A DNA stretch of 64,000 bases from an uncultured Actinomycetota bacterium (GCA_963696135.1 CAVOJH010000019.1:64179-128178), one strand, 5' to 3'; counted from the first letter of the stretch, positions 12,354 to 22,347 are shown. Notes: a model not told the origin generated them from the letters alone. Numbers and translations are program-made.

Positions 12354-12997
12354 GCATCCGGGTCCTCATCGCCGACGACCAGCCCATCGTGCGCACCGGA
12401 CTGACGATGCTGCTCGATGCCCAACCCGACATCGACGTGGTCGGAGCGGCCGCCGACGGGCGCGAGGCAGTCCGACTGGCGCTCCAACTGCGTCCCGACG
12501 TCGGCCTGTTCGACATCCGCATGCCGCTGATGGACGGCATCGAAGCCACCCGACGCCTCGCCGGCCCCGACGTCACCGACCCCCTGCCGATCGTGATCAT
12601 CACCACCTTCGACCTCGACGAGTACGTCCACGGGGCGCTCAAAGCCGGCGCCCGCGGGTTCCTGCTCAAGGACGCCGGACCAGCCCTGCTGACCCAGGCC
12701 ATCCACGCCGCCGCCGATGGAGACGCGCTGATCGCACCCAGCGTGACTGTCCGACTGCTCGCAGCGTTCGCCCACGCTCAGACCGCATCACCAAGGCAGC
12801 CGACAGAGCCACTCACCGCACGTGAGGAGGAAGTCCTCGTGCCGGTAGCCCAAGGCCGCACCAACGCTGAGATAGCGAGCGAGCTCTACATCACCCCGAG
12901 CACCGTCAAGGCCCACCTCGCCAGCCTGATGCGAAAGCTCGGTGCCCGAAACCGCGTCGAGGTCGCCATGTGGGCCCACGAGACCGGCCGCATCTGA
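12350..12997 (+). CDS. LuxR/NarL-family response regulator
   Basis: Canonical receiver ('VLIADDQP', 'FDIRMPLMDG', 'GARGFLLKD') plus the LuxR HTH 'LTAREEEVLVPVAQGRTNAEIASELYITPSTVKAHL'. Confidence 0.9.
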   Translation: MSIRVLIADDQPIVRTGLTMLLDAQPDIDVVGAAADGREAVRLALQLRPDVGLFDIRMPLMDGIEATRRLAGPDVTDPLPIVIITTFDLDEYVHGALKAGARGFLLKDAGPALLTQAIHAAADGDALIAPSVTVRLLAAFAHAQTASPRQPTEPLTAREEEVLVPVAQGRTNAEIASELYITPSTVKAHLASLMRKLGARNRVEVAMWAHETGRI

Positions 12998-13234
12998 TGC
13001 AGCAAGGGCTGACCCTCCTCGGCACAATCTCGTCGCAGGACGGAGGGCAACCGTTCAGAGCAGGACGATCATCTTCGTACGTGTCCGCAACGAGGTCTGG
13101 CGCAAACGGCGGGCAGACAACCCGGCTCAGCCGCGTGCGCGGTCACAGAGAGTCGTCATCGATCGCTACCGGTGAATGGTCACCGCCACGCAGTGGCCGT
13201 CGTCGATCGACAGGGTCGCGCTCTCGAGATGGTG

Positions 13235-13704
13235 CTAAGCGGTACCCCAGTCAGCCTGTTCACCTTCTGGCTGAGCGGCGACCAGGACAGGCTCGATCGA
13301 ACCTCCTGAGGAGATCACCAGTGCGGTCGCCCCGTCATCAACGAGACCGACAGCACGCAGCCAGTGCTCGAGATGCGTCTGAGCAACCATCTCGAGATCC
13401 TGGTTCGTCTGAAGGAGTTCGGCGTAGCGCTGGAACGGATGCTCCCGACGCCACTGGTCGTGATGCTCGACCACGCCACTGACATATCCCGAAGGCAACA
13501 CACCATCTCGTCGACGGCATAGCCCATCGCGATCGCCGTCTCGACGTGACGACGATCAGGACCTGTCAGCACGTAGCTCGCCGTGGGAAGCTGATCGCCG
13601 AGCGACCGCGCACGGGACACGCCCTCGCTGGACAAGAGAGACCCGGTCTCGCGGGCGGGCCCCTTCTTCGTGAACGAGTGGCGCCGCACCTCGAGGAATC
13701 GCAC
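13235..13704 (-). pseudogene. Histidine phosphatase (phosphoglycerate-mutase-like) family gene with frameshift
   Basis: The N-terminal piece 'MRFLEVRRHSFTKKG...ETAIAMGYAVDEMV' (frame of 13315-13704) continues in another frame as 'LPSGYVSGVVEHHDQW...ALVISSGGSIEPVL' (13235-13501). The frame break is near 13500-13506 in the run GTGTGTTG. Confidence 0.6.
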
Positions 13705-14301
13705 GACGTCGAAGTAGCGGGTGACTGCGCCCTCGCTCCCGCCAAAGGCAGCGCGCGGCTTCTCAGTCGATGGTCACCCTGTCCGCACCTCTGAAGCACG
13801 TCGCGACGGTGGGAACTGCTCACACTGTGGGGTGTCGACGGCCACTCGTGGTCGCTGTAGGCGGCCGACAGAAGTCTCGCTCCACTTGGGTTCTGGGCCT
13901 CCGTACGCGGCTCGGCCGGCCGGAACGCCTCTACTCCCACCACTACCACCTCGACAACGGTCGGTGACGCACGCCGACAAGACCCCCCACCGCTACGTCT
14001 GGCCATCGAAGATGGACGTGATGGCGAAGATGGCCAGCCTCCAGCTCGCGCATCGCTACGCCAGCTGGGACAAGTCCGCATTCACTGGTGACAGCACTTC
14101 CGGTGTTTCGGTGTGGCAGAAGGTCGGGTAAGCCGTCGGCAGCGGATCCCTGCCAGCGATTGCCGTGGATGGCCCTGGCGGCCCACCCATCGATGAAGGC
14201 ATGCGCCGCCGGGGAGCGTGCATCGGAAGGACCGTTGACGGAACCAGCGTGAGGATGGCCGGTGAAACACACCGGGCGCCGTGCGACGCTCGAGAAGGCG
14301 T

Positions 14302-15495
14302 TCAGCGAACGCCAGCGCTGACGAGGGTTTGAATGGCGAGGACTGCCGGTCCTTGGGCCCAGTCGTCGGCGCTCAGGTGCGGTGTCTGAAGGTGCAGGGG
14401 AGCTGCCGCTGGGTCGCGGTCGGCGGCGATCTGCTGCTTCATGGCCTCGTCTGCTGCCTCGGCGAGACGGGCGCCTTCTCCGGTGATGATGATGCGGTAG
14501 CAGGTGGTCAGGTTGGCGACGGCGGCGATGAGCCGACCGAGTGCGCGGGCCGCCTGGTCCACGATGGCCTTGGCTGCAGGTTGTCCTTGGGCCGCGAGGT
14601 CGAGAGCTTCGTCGTAGGTCAGGGTTCGTCGCAGAGCGACGCTGGTGCGGGTGGCGACGGCTTCATCGGACAGCATCGCCTGAGCGCATCCCTGGTGGCC
14701 GAGGTAGCAGAGTGGTCCTGCCGCGTCGAGCGGGAAGTGTCCGATCAGTCCGAGGCCGCTGTCGGGACTTTCGACCAGCTCACCGTGGATGACGATTCCC
14801 AGGCCTGCTCCCACGCCGAGAGTGATGACGGCGAAGCGGTCCAGGCCACGCCCGTAGCCGAACCAGGACTGCGCGCGGGTGAGGGCCATGACGTCGTTGT
14901 CCACCACGGTGGGTATGCCGGTGGTCCTCCGCACCAAGGTGGCGAGCTCGGTGGGGCCGTTCCAGTCGAAGAACGGCGACGACCGGACGGTCGTGTGCGC
15001 CTCGACCATGCCGCCGAGACTGATTCCCAGGCGATTCGGAACCACGCCCTGCTCGGTCCGAAGCCGGTCGACCAGACCAGCGATGGTGGTGGCGACGCCT
15101 TCGGGGCTGGTGTCGCCGATCGGAGCTTGTGCGGAGCTGAGGATCTCCGCCCGAAGATTGGTGATCACCGCATGGGCGGCGTCCGGGGTCAGCCGGACTC
15201 CGAGGAAGTGGCCTGCGGTCGCCACGACCTGGAGCGGGCGGGTGGGTCGCCCAGATGGGCCGGTGCCGCTGTCGCTGGTCTCCTCGAGCAGTCCTCCGTC
15301 CACGAGGGGGCCGGCCAGTCGGGTCAGGGTCGCCGGAGACAGCCCGAGACGGCGTGCCAGCGCGCTGCGGGCGAGGGGGCCGTGCAGGAGCACTTCCAAG
15401 GCGATGGTCTGCTCGGTCTCGGTGCGCTGATCCCACGGGGTCAACGCACTCGTCATACCGAGATCTTTGCACATGGGATGGGTCGAGACTTCCAT
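14302..15495 (-). CDS. ROK-family transcriptional regulator
   Basis: N-terminal winged helix 'LARSALARRLGLSPATLTRLAGPLVDGGLL', a ROK sugar-kinase-like body, and the Zn motif 'GHFPLD...CYLGHQGC'. The ATG at 15495 has GGGAG 8 nt upstream. Alternatives are 15531 and 15456. Confidence 0.85.
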   Translation of the reverse strand: MEVSTHPMCKDLGMTSALTPWDQRTETEQTIALEVLLHGPLARSALARRLGLSPATLTRLAGPLVDGGLLEETSDSGTGPSGRPTRPLQVVATAGHFLGVRLTPDAAHAVITNLRAEILSSAQAPIGDTSPEGVATTIAGLVDRLRTEQGVVPNRLGISLGGMVEAHTTVRSSPFFDWNGPTELATLVRRTTGIPTVVDNDVMALTRAQSWFGYGRGLDRFAVITLGVGAGLGIVIHGELVESPDSGLGLIGHFPLDAAGPLCYLGHQGCAQAMLSDEAVATRTSVALRRTLTYDEALDLAAQGQPAAKAIVDQAARALGRLIAAVANLTTCYRIIITGEGARLAEAADEAMKQQIAADRDPAAAPLHLQTPHLSADDWAQGPAVLAIQTLVSAGVR

Positions 15496-15631
15496 TGCAA
15501 CACTCCCGAGCAGCTGAAAGTTCTGTTTCAAAACTTAGAATACATCCAGGGTCGACCAAAGAACCCTCTTGACAGCTCGTCAGTTCCGAAGTGAAACTTA
15601 CGACATCAATTTCTGCACATGGAGGTGCTGC
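15496..15631. promoter_or_regulatory. AT-richer divergent promoter/operator region (ROK regulator <-> GH49 gene)
   Basis: This is locally the most AT-rich stretch in the neighbourhood. It contains the imperfect 19-bp palindrome AAGTTCTGTTTCAAAACTT, a TTGACA hexamer (about 15569), and a GGAGG RBS at 15621-15625. Confidence 0.4.
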
Positions 15632-18565
15632 ATGTCAGCGTCACGACGTTCGACGCGGGTGCTGGCGGTGATGGGCGCGGCAGCGGTCGTCGTGTCCCTG
15701 CTCAGCCCGCCCGTCACAGCTCAGGCGAAGCCCCCCGCCCATCCGCCCGTGTCTGGTCCGCTGGTTGCCACTGCTCCGGCGAACACAGACACCCTGACCA
15801 CGTGGACCCACCCGAACGCGGTGGCCACCTCAGCGCCGGTTGCCGGTGACCAGGTGCGTCGGTCGCAGTTCTACGACGCCTCGGTGACTCCGACGAAGGG
15901 CCGCCAGACCGCCTATCCGTCGTTCGTGTACATGAGCGTCCCCCGTGGCGGCAACGACAAGATCGGCTACACCGAGGACGACGGGGCCGAGTACACGTCG
16001 AAGGCCGGCTACACCATGAGCTGGTCGAGCTTCGAGTACGCCGCCGACGTCTGGGTCAACGTCACGTTGAAGACCGGTCAGAAGATCACCTCGGTCGACC
16101 AGGTCACGGTCCGTCCCACGGACCTGGGCCTGAAGAAGCGGCTGGTCAACAACACCACCGTCGCGGTGAAGGTGCCCTACAGCAAGGACGGCTTCCGGCT
16201 CTCCGTCGAGTTCGACCCGCAGCAGGTCACGGCGTACAACGACCTCTCCGGTGGCAGCGGCACCCTGACCACCGAGAAGGCCGGTAACCGGGCCGTCAGC
16301 ACCGAGCCGAAGAACTCGATGCTGGTCTTCGCCAACCCCAAGCCCACGGCAGCGCAGGCCAAGCAGCTGAGCCCCACCACGAAGTCCGGGACCATCTACC
16401 GGCCCGAGCCTGGTCTGGTGAACAACCTGAACAACATCACCGAGGAGATCGTCTACTTCGCACCCGGTACGTACTACATGGGTGCCGGCTACCACGCCGT
16501 ACTCCCGGCGAACGTCAAGTGGGTCTACCTTGCCCCCGGGGCCTACGTGAAGGGCGCCTTCCGGTTCCTCCACAACACCCAGAGCGCGTACAAGATCACC
16601 GGTCTCGGTGTGCTGTCCGGTGAGCAGTACGTCTACGAACCCGACACCAGCAACGGCTACCAGCACAACGTGAACGAGAACTGCCACGTCACTTGCGTGA
16701 AGATGCTGCAGCTCGAGTCCTCCAACAAGGGTCAGACCCTGCGGGTGGACGGCGTCACCGTCGCCGACCCGCCGTACCACTCCTTCGTCACCTACGCCCA
16801 CGACGCAGCGGGCAAAGAGATCGGCGTCGAGAACTTCCGCATGAACGTGGCCAACTACAAGCAGGTCGGCAGCTGGTACTGGCAGACCGACGGCATCGAG
16901 CTCTACGACGACGGCCAGATGAAGAACACGTTCTTCCACGCCAACGACGACGTCCTGAAGATCTACCACAACCGGGTCAAGATCAAGAACACCGTCATCT
17001 GGAAGAACGAGAACGGCCCGGTCGTCCAGTGGGGCTGGGTTCCCCGCGACATCGACGACGTGACCGTCCGCAATACCGACGTCATCCACAACCGGATGTA
17101 CTGGAAGGACGTGAAGTACAACACCTGCGTGTTCAACTCCTCCTCCCACTACGAGGACATGGGCGCCACCGACCGAGCCGACCCCGCCACCACGGTCAAG
17201 AACATGACCTTCACCGACACCCGGGTCGAGGGAGCGGTGAACTGCACGATCCGCGTGTTCGCCCTGTCGAACACCGAGAACATCAACATCAACGGACTCG
17301 CCGTCGAGAAGTGGAACGACCTCGACCTCACCGCCCAGGCCAACAAGCTCAAGCGGTACACCGACCGCAACGGCGTCAAGGTGACCATCGGCAACGAGGT
17401 GAGGGACGGCAACGGTCTCCGGCTCCGCAACTACACCGTGGGCGGCACCCCGATCGCCAAGGCCGGCAACAACTGGGCCAGCGACGAGCTCGGACGGCTC
17501 GACTTCGACGGCGATACCTGGGACAGCTGGAACGCCACCTACGACGGCCAGCCCACCGGGCGCGCCCCCAGCCTGAGCATCAACGGCCCCGCAGACGGCT
17601 CCATCGCCGCCTCACGGCAGGTCACCCTCAGCGGCACCACCGACGCCGCCCGGCTGAGCATCCGGGTCAACGGCACCGAGACGAACGTGCCCGTGCGTCG
17701 GGGTGGCTTCACCACAACCGTCACCTTGCCGAACGTGTCCAACCGCATCGTGATCACCGCGATCGGCAAGAACGGTGTCATGACCGTCGACCGTCGCACC
17801 ATCACCGCATACGGCGACGAGATCGGTGCGGTCACCGACCCGGCCGGAGACGACAAGGGGCCAGGCAGCTACACCTACCCCACCGACGGCGCGTTCAACG
17901 CCGGAAGCCTGGACCTGACCGGCCTCGAGGTCTACCGCGACGGCGACACCGTCCGGTTCGTCGCTTCCACCGCCGGACCGATCAACAACCCCTGGGGCGG
18001 CAACGGGATGAGCACGCAGCGTCTCAACATCTACCTCAGCGACGGACAGTCCACGACCGTCACACCGTTGCTGCCGGGCACCAACACCTCCGCCAAGGGC
18101 GCCTGGACGTCCGCGATCGTCGCCGACGGCCGCTACGACAACGCACGCTTCGGCAGCGGCGTGTACGGGGACGATCTCCAGAAGATCGGGAACATCACCC
18201 TCGACGTGATCCCCGCCGGCAAGATCATCGCCTCCGTCCCCGCCAGCGCCCTCGCCGGCCTCGACCTGGCCACCACCACGTACCAGGTGTCGATGTTCAG
18301 CGACGCCGAAGACGGCGAAGGCATCGGCAACGTCCGCCCCATCTACAGCGCCGAGTGCGCACAAGGAGCTGGCTGCCCCTCGTTCGTCGGACCCTACCGC
18401 GGGGGCGGTGGCGCAGGAGACTGGACCGACGCCATCGAGTCCCGCGACACCGACACCCGGGACTCCAACGCCTTCGACATCATCTCGGGCAACGAGTCGC
18501 AGAGCCAGGTGATGGACTGGACGGCGGGCACGGTTGTCGCCCCCTACGTACCACTCGCACACTGA
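15632..18565 (+). CDS. Secreted GH49-like glycoside hydrolase (dextranase/isopullulanase family) with glucodextranase-type C-terminal domain
   Basis: ATG at 15632 lies 6 nt after GGAGG. Signal peptide 'RVLAVMGAAAVVVSLLSPPVTAQA'. The beta-helix core has 'YWQTDGIELYDDG', 'HANDDVLKIYH' and 'NENGPVVQWGW'. The C-terminal 'DPAGDDKGPGSYTYPTDGAFNAGSLDLTGLEV' resembles the glucodextranase C-domain. Confidence 0.75.
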   Translation: MSASRRSTRVLAVMGAAAVVVSLLSPPVTAQAKPPAHPPVSGPLVATAPANTDTLTTWTHPNAVATSAPVAGDQVRRSQFYDASVTPTKGRQTAYPSFVYMSVPRGGNDKIGYTEDDGAEYTSKAGYTMSWSSFEYAADVWVNVTLKTGQKITSVDQVTVRPTDLGLKKRLVNNTTVAVKVPYSKDGFRLSVEFDPQQVTAYNDLSGGSGTLTTEKAGNRAVSTEPKNSMLVFANPKPTAAQAKQLSPTTKSGTIYRPEPGLVNNLNNITEEIVYFAPGTYYMGAGYHAVLPANVKWVYLAPGAYVKGAFRFLHNTQSAYKITGLGVLSGEQYVYEPDTSNGYQHNVNENCHVTCVKMLQLESSNKGQTLRVDGVTVADPPYHSFVTYAHDAAGKEIGVENFRMNVANYKQVGSWYWQTDGIELYDDGQMKNTFFHANDDVLKIYHNRVKIKNTVIWKNENGPVVQWGWVPRDIDDVTVRNTDVIHNRMYWKDVKYNTCVFNSSSHYEDMGATDRADPATTVKNMTFTDTRVEGAVNCTIRVFALSNTENININGLAVEKWNDLDLTAQANKLKRYTDRNGVKVTIGNEVRDGNGLRLRNYTVGGTPIAKAGNNWASDELGRLDFDGDTWDSWNATYDGQPTGRAPSLSINGPADGSIAASRQVTLSGTTDAARLSIRVNGTETNVPVRRGGFTTTVTLPNVSNRIVITAIGKNGVMTVDRRTITAYGDEIGAVTDPAGDDKGPGSYTYPTDGAFNAGSLDLTGLEVYRDGDTVRFVASTAGPINNPWGGNGMSTQRLNIYLSDGQSTTVTPLLPGTNTSAKGAWTSAIVADGRYDNARFGSGVYGDDLQKIGNITLDVIPAGKIIASVPASALAGLDLATTTYQVSMFSDAEDGEGIGNVRPIYSAECAQGAGCPSFVGPYRGGGGAGDWTDAIESRDTDTRDSNAFDIISGNESQSQVMDWTAGTVVAPYVPLAH

Positions 18566-18626
18566 CCCATCCATCGGCGAGCAACGCGCCTGGTTCTCGC
18601 AAGCCACCACGCACACCCGAAGAGCT

Positions 18627-18666
18627 GAGCGGCACCCGGGGGCAAACCCCCTGGGTGGTGCCGCTC
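18627..18666. terminator. Strong bidirectional hairpin between convergent genes
   Basis: GAGCGGCACC...GGTGCCGCTC forms a 10-bp perfect outer stem with an inner GGGGG/CCCCC pairing. It lies between the stops at 18565 (+) and 18757 (-). Confidence 0.6.
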
Positions 18667-18756
18667 AGAAATACTCGGCCGCGCTGATCTGGATCGGTAG
18701 CCAGACGGATTGCCAAATGAGCAACCGCACCAGCTCTCGTGCCCGAGTCCGCTGCG

Positions 18757-19782
18757 TCACGAGCGATCGGCGACCTTCACCAGGGTCTTCCCGAAGTTCT
18801 TGCCCTCGAGCATTCCGGCGAAGGCTTCGGGGGCGCGCTCGAGACCGTCAGAGATGTCTTCGCGGTAGGTGACCTTTCCCTCACGGACCCAGGCCCCCAT
18901 GTCGCGCAGGAAGTCGTCGAACATCGTCGGAGCGAACTCGTTCTGGATGAAGCCACGCAGCGTGAGCGAGCGGTCCAGCACCGCCCGGAGCAGGGCTTGG
19001 GATCGGTCGGGCCCCTCAGGAAGTCCGGAGACGTTGTAGTTGGCAGCCAGGCCGCAGACCGGGACCCGCGCGAACGTGTTCAGACGCGGCAGCACAGCGT
19101 CCCAGACCGCGCCGCCGACGTTCTCGAAGTAGATGTCGATGCCATCGGGCGCAGCGTCGTGAAGCCGGCCGCCCAGGTCGCCGTCGCGGTGGTCGAGCGC
19201 CACATCGAAACCGAGCTCGCGCAGGTGCTCGACTTTCCGGGGGCCGCCGGCGATGCCGATGGTCCGGCATCCCATGATCTTGGCGATCTGACCGACCGAG
19301 GCTCCCACCGGTCCCGTGGCGGCCGCGACCGCCAAGGTCTCACCTGCTGTGGGCTTCGCGATCCGGAGCAGACCCGAGTACGCCGTGAATCCGGGCATGC
19401 CCAGCACCCCGAGAGCGGTCGTGATCGGCGCCTGATCTGGATCGAGGACTCGCAACGTGGAGGCCCGCTCGGTGCTGTAGCTCTGCCATCCGCCGTACGC
19501 CACCACCACCTGCCCGGGTCGCAGCGCCTCGGAGGCTGATTCCACCACCTCGGAGACCGTCCCTCCCACCATGACATCACCGAGCTGCATCGGTTCGGCG
19601 TAGGACTTGACGTCCGCCATCCGGCCACGCATGTACGGATCCAACGACAGGTAAAGAGTCTTCAGCACGACCTCGCCGGTATCCGGTGCCCGCACGGCAT
19701 GATCCTCGTGGGAGAAGTTCTCCGGCTTCGGAGCGCCCTCCGGACGCGACGCCAAGCGGATCTGACGACTGACCAGAGACAT
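18757..19782 (-). CDS. NADP-dependent oxidoreductase (MDR superfamily, YncB/alkenal reductase-like)
   Basis: 'LKTLYLSLDPYMRGRM' and the cofactor motif 'AAATGPVGASVGQIAKIMG'. The ATG at 19782 is preceded by GGAG. Confidence 0.85.
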   Translation of the reverse strand: MSLVSRQIRLASRPEGAPKPENFSHEDHAVRAPDTGEVVLKTLYLSLDPYMRGRMADVKSYAEPMQLGDVMVGGTVSEVVESASEALRPGQVVVAYGGWQSYSTERASTLRVLDPDQAPITTALGVLGMPGFTAYSGLLRIAKPTAGETLAVAAATGPVGASVGQIAKIMGCRTIGIAGGPRKVEHLRELGFDVALDHRDGDLGGRLHDAAPDGIDIYFENVGGAVWDAVLPRLNTFARVPVCGLAANYNVSGLPEGPDRSQALLRAVLDRSLTLRGFIQNEFAPTMFDDFLRDMGAWVREGKVTYREDISDGLERAPEAFAGMLEGKNFGKTLVKVADRS

Positions 19783-19881
19783 TCCACTCCTCGCATACGG
19801 CGCCTGGGTTTCGGTAGTCACCTTAAGAGACCGACCCAACAGGTGGCAGACGCCCGATGAACGGTCCGCCTGCGGGAACTG

Positions 19882-20145
19882 CTATGGCCAGGAGCTGATC
19901 AGCCCGTACGGTCCTTCACAGGTGTAGCTGATGACCGAACCGCGCGCGAGGTACGGCTCGTTGCCCCCGGCGTGGCTCACCACCTGGCCCCCGGCCGCCG
20001 TGCACTGCTTGGTCCACTCCCACCGTGGGATCGCCTGCACCGTGAACACCCCGCCCGCGAGGCCGAGGACGCACACCAACCCGATGATCAACGGACGCAC
20101 GGGCTGTTGCGCGCGGCGTCTGTCAGTCGCAGGCAGTGCGGTCAT
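19882..20145 (-). CDS. Hypothetical small membrane-anchored protein (87 aa)
   Basis: ATG at 20145 follows GGAGGAGG. It has one TM segment ('LIIGLVCVLGLAGGVF') and a short ectodomain with two Cys. I recognise no family. Confidence 0.5.
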   Translation of the reverse strand: MTALPATDRRRAQQPVRPLIIGLVCVLGLAGGVFTVQAIPRWEWTKQCTAAGGQVVSHAGGNEPYLARGSVISYTCEGPYGLISSWP

Positions 20146-20293
20146 CTGACCTCCTCCAGGCGCTTCAGTCTCCGCCGGGACGTCCGTCAAAGGAAGCACC
20201 CTTGTGGTCTGAGCCGGCTTCCGGCTCGCCGTCGACACGGAGTGGGCTCGGCCGAGACGACGATTCCAGGTGCCCACGTCAGTCTCAGCTGGT

Positions 20294-20668
20294 ATGACGA
20301 AGACGACGAGAGTTATCAGCGTGACGGTGCCGGTGGCCGACCAGGACGCCGCGCTGGCGTTCTACACCGAGGTACTGGGATGCGAACTGCGCTACGACGT
20401 CGAGGTGTGGCCAGGGGCTCGCATGGTGGAGGTGGTACCGCCAGGGTCGGAGGTCGGTCTGGTGTTGCTGCCGCCGGACACGCCCCTGCCCATGGCCCTA
20501 CGACTCGGCACCACAGATGCCGACGAGGCGTACGCCCGGGTGACGGACGCTGCCGGGGTGGTGGTGCACAATCCGGAGGTCCTGCGCTGGGAAGGTGTAC
20601 CGGCGATGTTCCACTTCACCGACCCTGACGGCAACGGACTGGTCTACCTCGAAGACCCCGAAGCCTGA
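20294..20668 (+). CDS. VOC/glyoxalase-family protein
   Basis: 'VISVTVPVADQDAALAFYTEVLG' and 'FHFTDPDGNGLVYLE' are typical of glyoxalase/bleomycin-resistance fold proteins. Confidence 0.8.
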   Translation: MTKTTRVISVTVPVADQDAALAFYTEVLGCELRYDVEVWPGARMVEVVPPGSEVGLVLLPPDTPLPMALRLGTTDADEAYARVTDAAGVVVHNPEVLRWEGVPAMFHFTDPDGNGLVYLEDPEA

Positions 20669-20737
20669 GGGTGAGCCTGACCCATCCCCGAGCCACGTGC
20701 GGTGGCCTCGACTGTCGACGCCGCCGCTCACGACCAT

Positions 20738-22207
20738 TCAGCCAGCAGCGAGGTCGGCGACGGTGGCTGCGGCTCCCCGGGTGTGGAGGGAGTCCAAGGC
20801 CTTCAGGTAGGACTCGGTGAACCGGGGTTGGTCCGCGAGGTCTCCGAACAGGTCCTGGTTGCGGACGAAGGCCAGCGGATCCTCGCCGTGGCGAGCGGCG
20901 GCGGCCCTCCGCTCGTCGGCGAGCCGGTCCACCACCTCGATCGGGTCACCCTGCTCGTCGACGCCCTCCGCGTACCGGGCCCAGCTCGCCACGATCGCCG
21001 TGGACACCTCGATCTCCCCGCCAGAGGCGAGATTGGCGTTGATCACCGGAACCAGCCACTTGGGGATGCGGTCGGAGGCCTCGGCAGCCAGCCGGGCGAC
21101 CGTGTCACGCACCTCGGCGTTGCCGAAACGCTCGATCAGCGAGTCCGTGTAGGCCGTCAGGTCGATGCCGGGCACGGCAGGCAGGGTCGGCATCCCCTCC
21201 CGGCGCATGTAGCGCAGCAGGTAGCCGGCGAAGACCGGGTCCTGGGCGGCTTCGTGGACGTACCGGTAGCCCATCAGGTGACCGAAGTAGGCGACCGCCT
21301 GGTGACCTGCGTTGAGCAGTCGGAGCTTCATCAGCTCGTACGGCTCGACCTCCGGTACGAGCTGGACACCCGCGTCCTGCCAGGCCGGGCGACCGGCGAC
21401 GAAGGTGTCCTCCAGCACCCACTGGAAGAACGGCTCCGCCACCACGGGCCAGGCGTCCGCGACACCGAACCGCTCGCTGATCTGGGCCACGTCCTCGGCG
21501 GTGGTGACCGGGGTGATCCGGTCGACCATGCCGTTGGGAAAAGCCACCTCCGCCTCGATCCACGCGGCCAGGTCGGGATCCAGGGCGCGGGCGTACGAAG
21601 TCAGGGCGCGCCGGGCCACCTCGCCGTTGCCCGGGATGTTGTCGCAGGACATCAGGGTGAACGGTCCGACACCACGCTCCCGACGGCGGCGCAGTCCCTC
21701 GACGACCAGACCGAAGGTGGTCGCCGGCGGCGCCTCACCGGTGAGGTCGGCCGCCACCGCGGGGTTGGCGAGATCGAACGCGCCCGTGGTCGGGGAGAAG
21801 TTGTACCCACCCTCGGTCACGGTGAGGGACACGATCCTGGTGCCGGGGTCGGCGAGTCGTTCGAGCACCGCCTCGGGGTCGTCGGGGGCGAACAGGTAGT
21901 CGACGATCGAGCCGATCACCCGAGCCGACCAGCCGCCGTCGGGAGACTTCTCGACCAGGGTGTACCGGCCGTCCTGGTCGGCCATCACCTGCTGCATCCG
22001 CCGGTCACCCGGCATCAGCCCGATCCCACAGATCCCCCACTCGTACGCCTGCCCCTGCCGCAACAGGCGATCGACCGCGAGCGCCTGGTGTGCCCGGTGG
22101 AAGCCCCCGACACCGATGTGGACGATGCCGATGGTGATCCGGGATCGGTCGTAATCGGGTCGAGCGACCTCGGCGGTGGCGGTGGAGAAGACGTCGTCGG
22201 CGCTCAT
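20738..22207 (-). CDS. Mannitol dehydrogenase family protein (long-chain polyol/hexuronate dehydrogenase)
   Basis: N-terminal 'IVHIGVGGFHRAHQA' and a C-terminal helical domain of about 490 aa. The ATG at 22207 was chosen because the ORF-track extension lacks homology-like sequence. Confidence 0.85.
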   Translation of the reverse strand: MSADDVFSTATAEVARPDYDRSRITIGIVHIGVGGFHRAHQALAVDRLLRQGQAYEWGICGIGLMPGDRRMQQVMADQDGRYTLVEKSPDGGWSARVIGSIVDYLFAPDDPEAVLERLADPGTRIVSLTVTEGGYNFSPTTGAFDLANPAVAADLTGEAPPATTFGLVVEGLRRRRERGVGPFTLMSCDNIPGNGEVARRALTSYARALDPDLAAWIEAEVAFPNGMVDRITPVTTAEDVAQISERFGVADAWPVVAEPFFQWVLEDTFVAGRPAWQDAGVQLVPEVEPYELMKLRLLNAGHQAVAYFGHLMGYRYVHEAAQDPVFAGYLLRYMRREGMPTLPAVPGIDLTAYTDSLIERFGNAEVRDTVARLAAEASDRIPKWLVPVINANLASGGEIEVSTAIVASWARYAEGVDEQGDPIEVVDRLADERRAAAARHGEDPLAFVRNQDLFGDLADQPRFTESYLKALDSLHTRGAAATVADLAAG

Positions 22208-22347
22208 CCACGGCACGCTAGCGCGGAGCCGGCGCTCCCCCGGCACCGAGGCCCACTGTGGCCCGTGACACAGTGTCAATTGACGTCGGCGGGACGCCAT
22301 TTCCGGCCCTGGTGAGGGCAGAACTCATTCCATCCGAGGAGGGATCG

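Noticed and set aside
13943-14272. 109-aa minus ORF as a real gene (metallophosphoesterase or transposase fragment)
   Set aside because: It has no RBS, overlaps other equally poor ORFs, and shows only motif-length resemblances. It is reported only as a possible relic in the findings.
20702-22315. 537-aa plus-strand ORF opposite the mannitol dehydrogenase gene. Similar long antisense ORFs occur at 14281-15594, 48122-50179, 50690-52114, 15830-17149, 26454-28028 and 31452-33044
   Set aside because: In each case the opposite strand encodes a protein with clear family signatures. The antisense products are low-complexity, lack RBSs and lack motifs.
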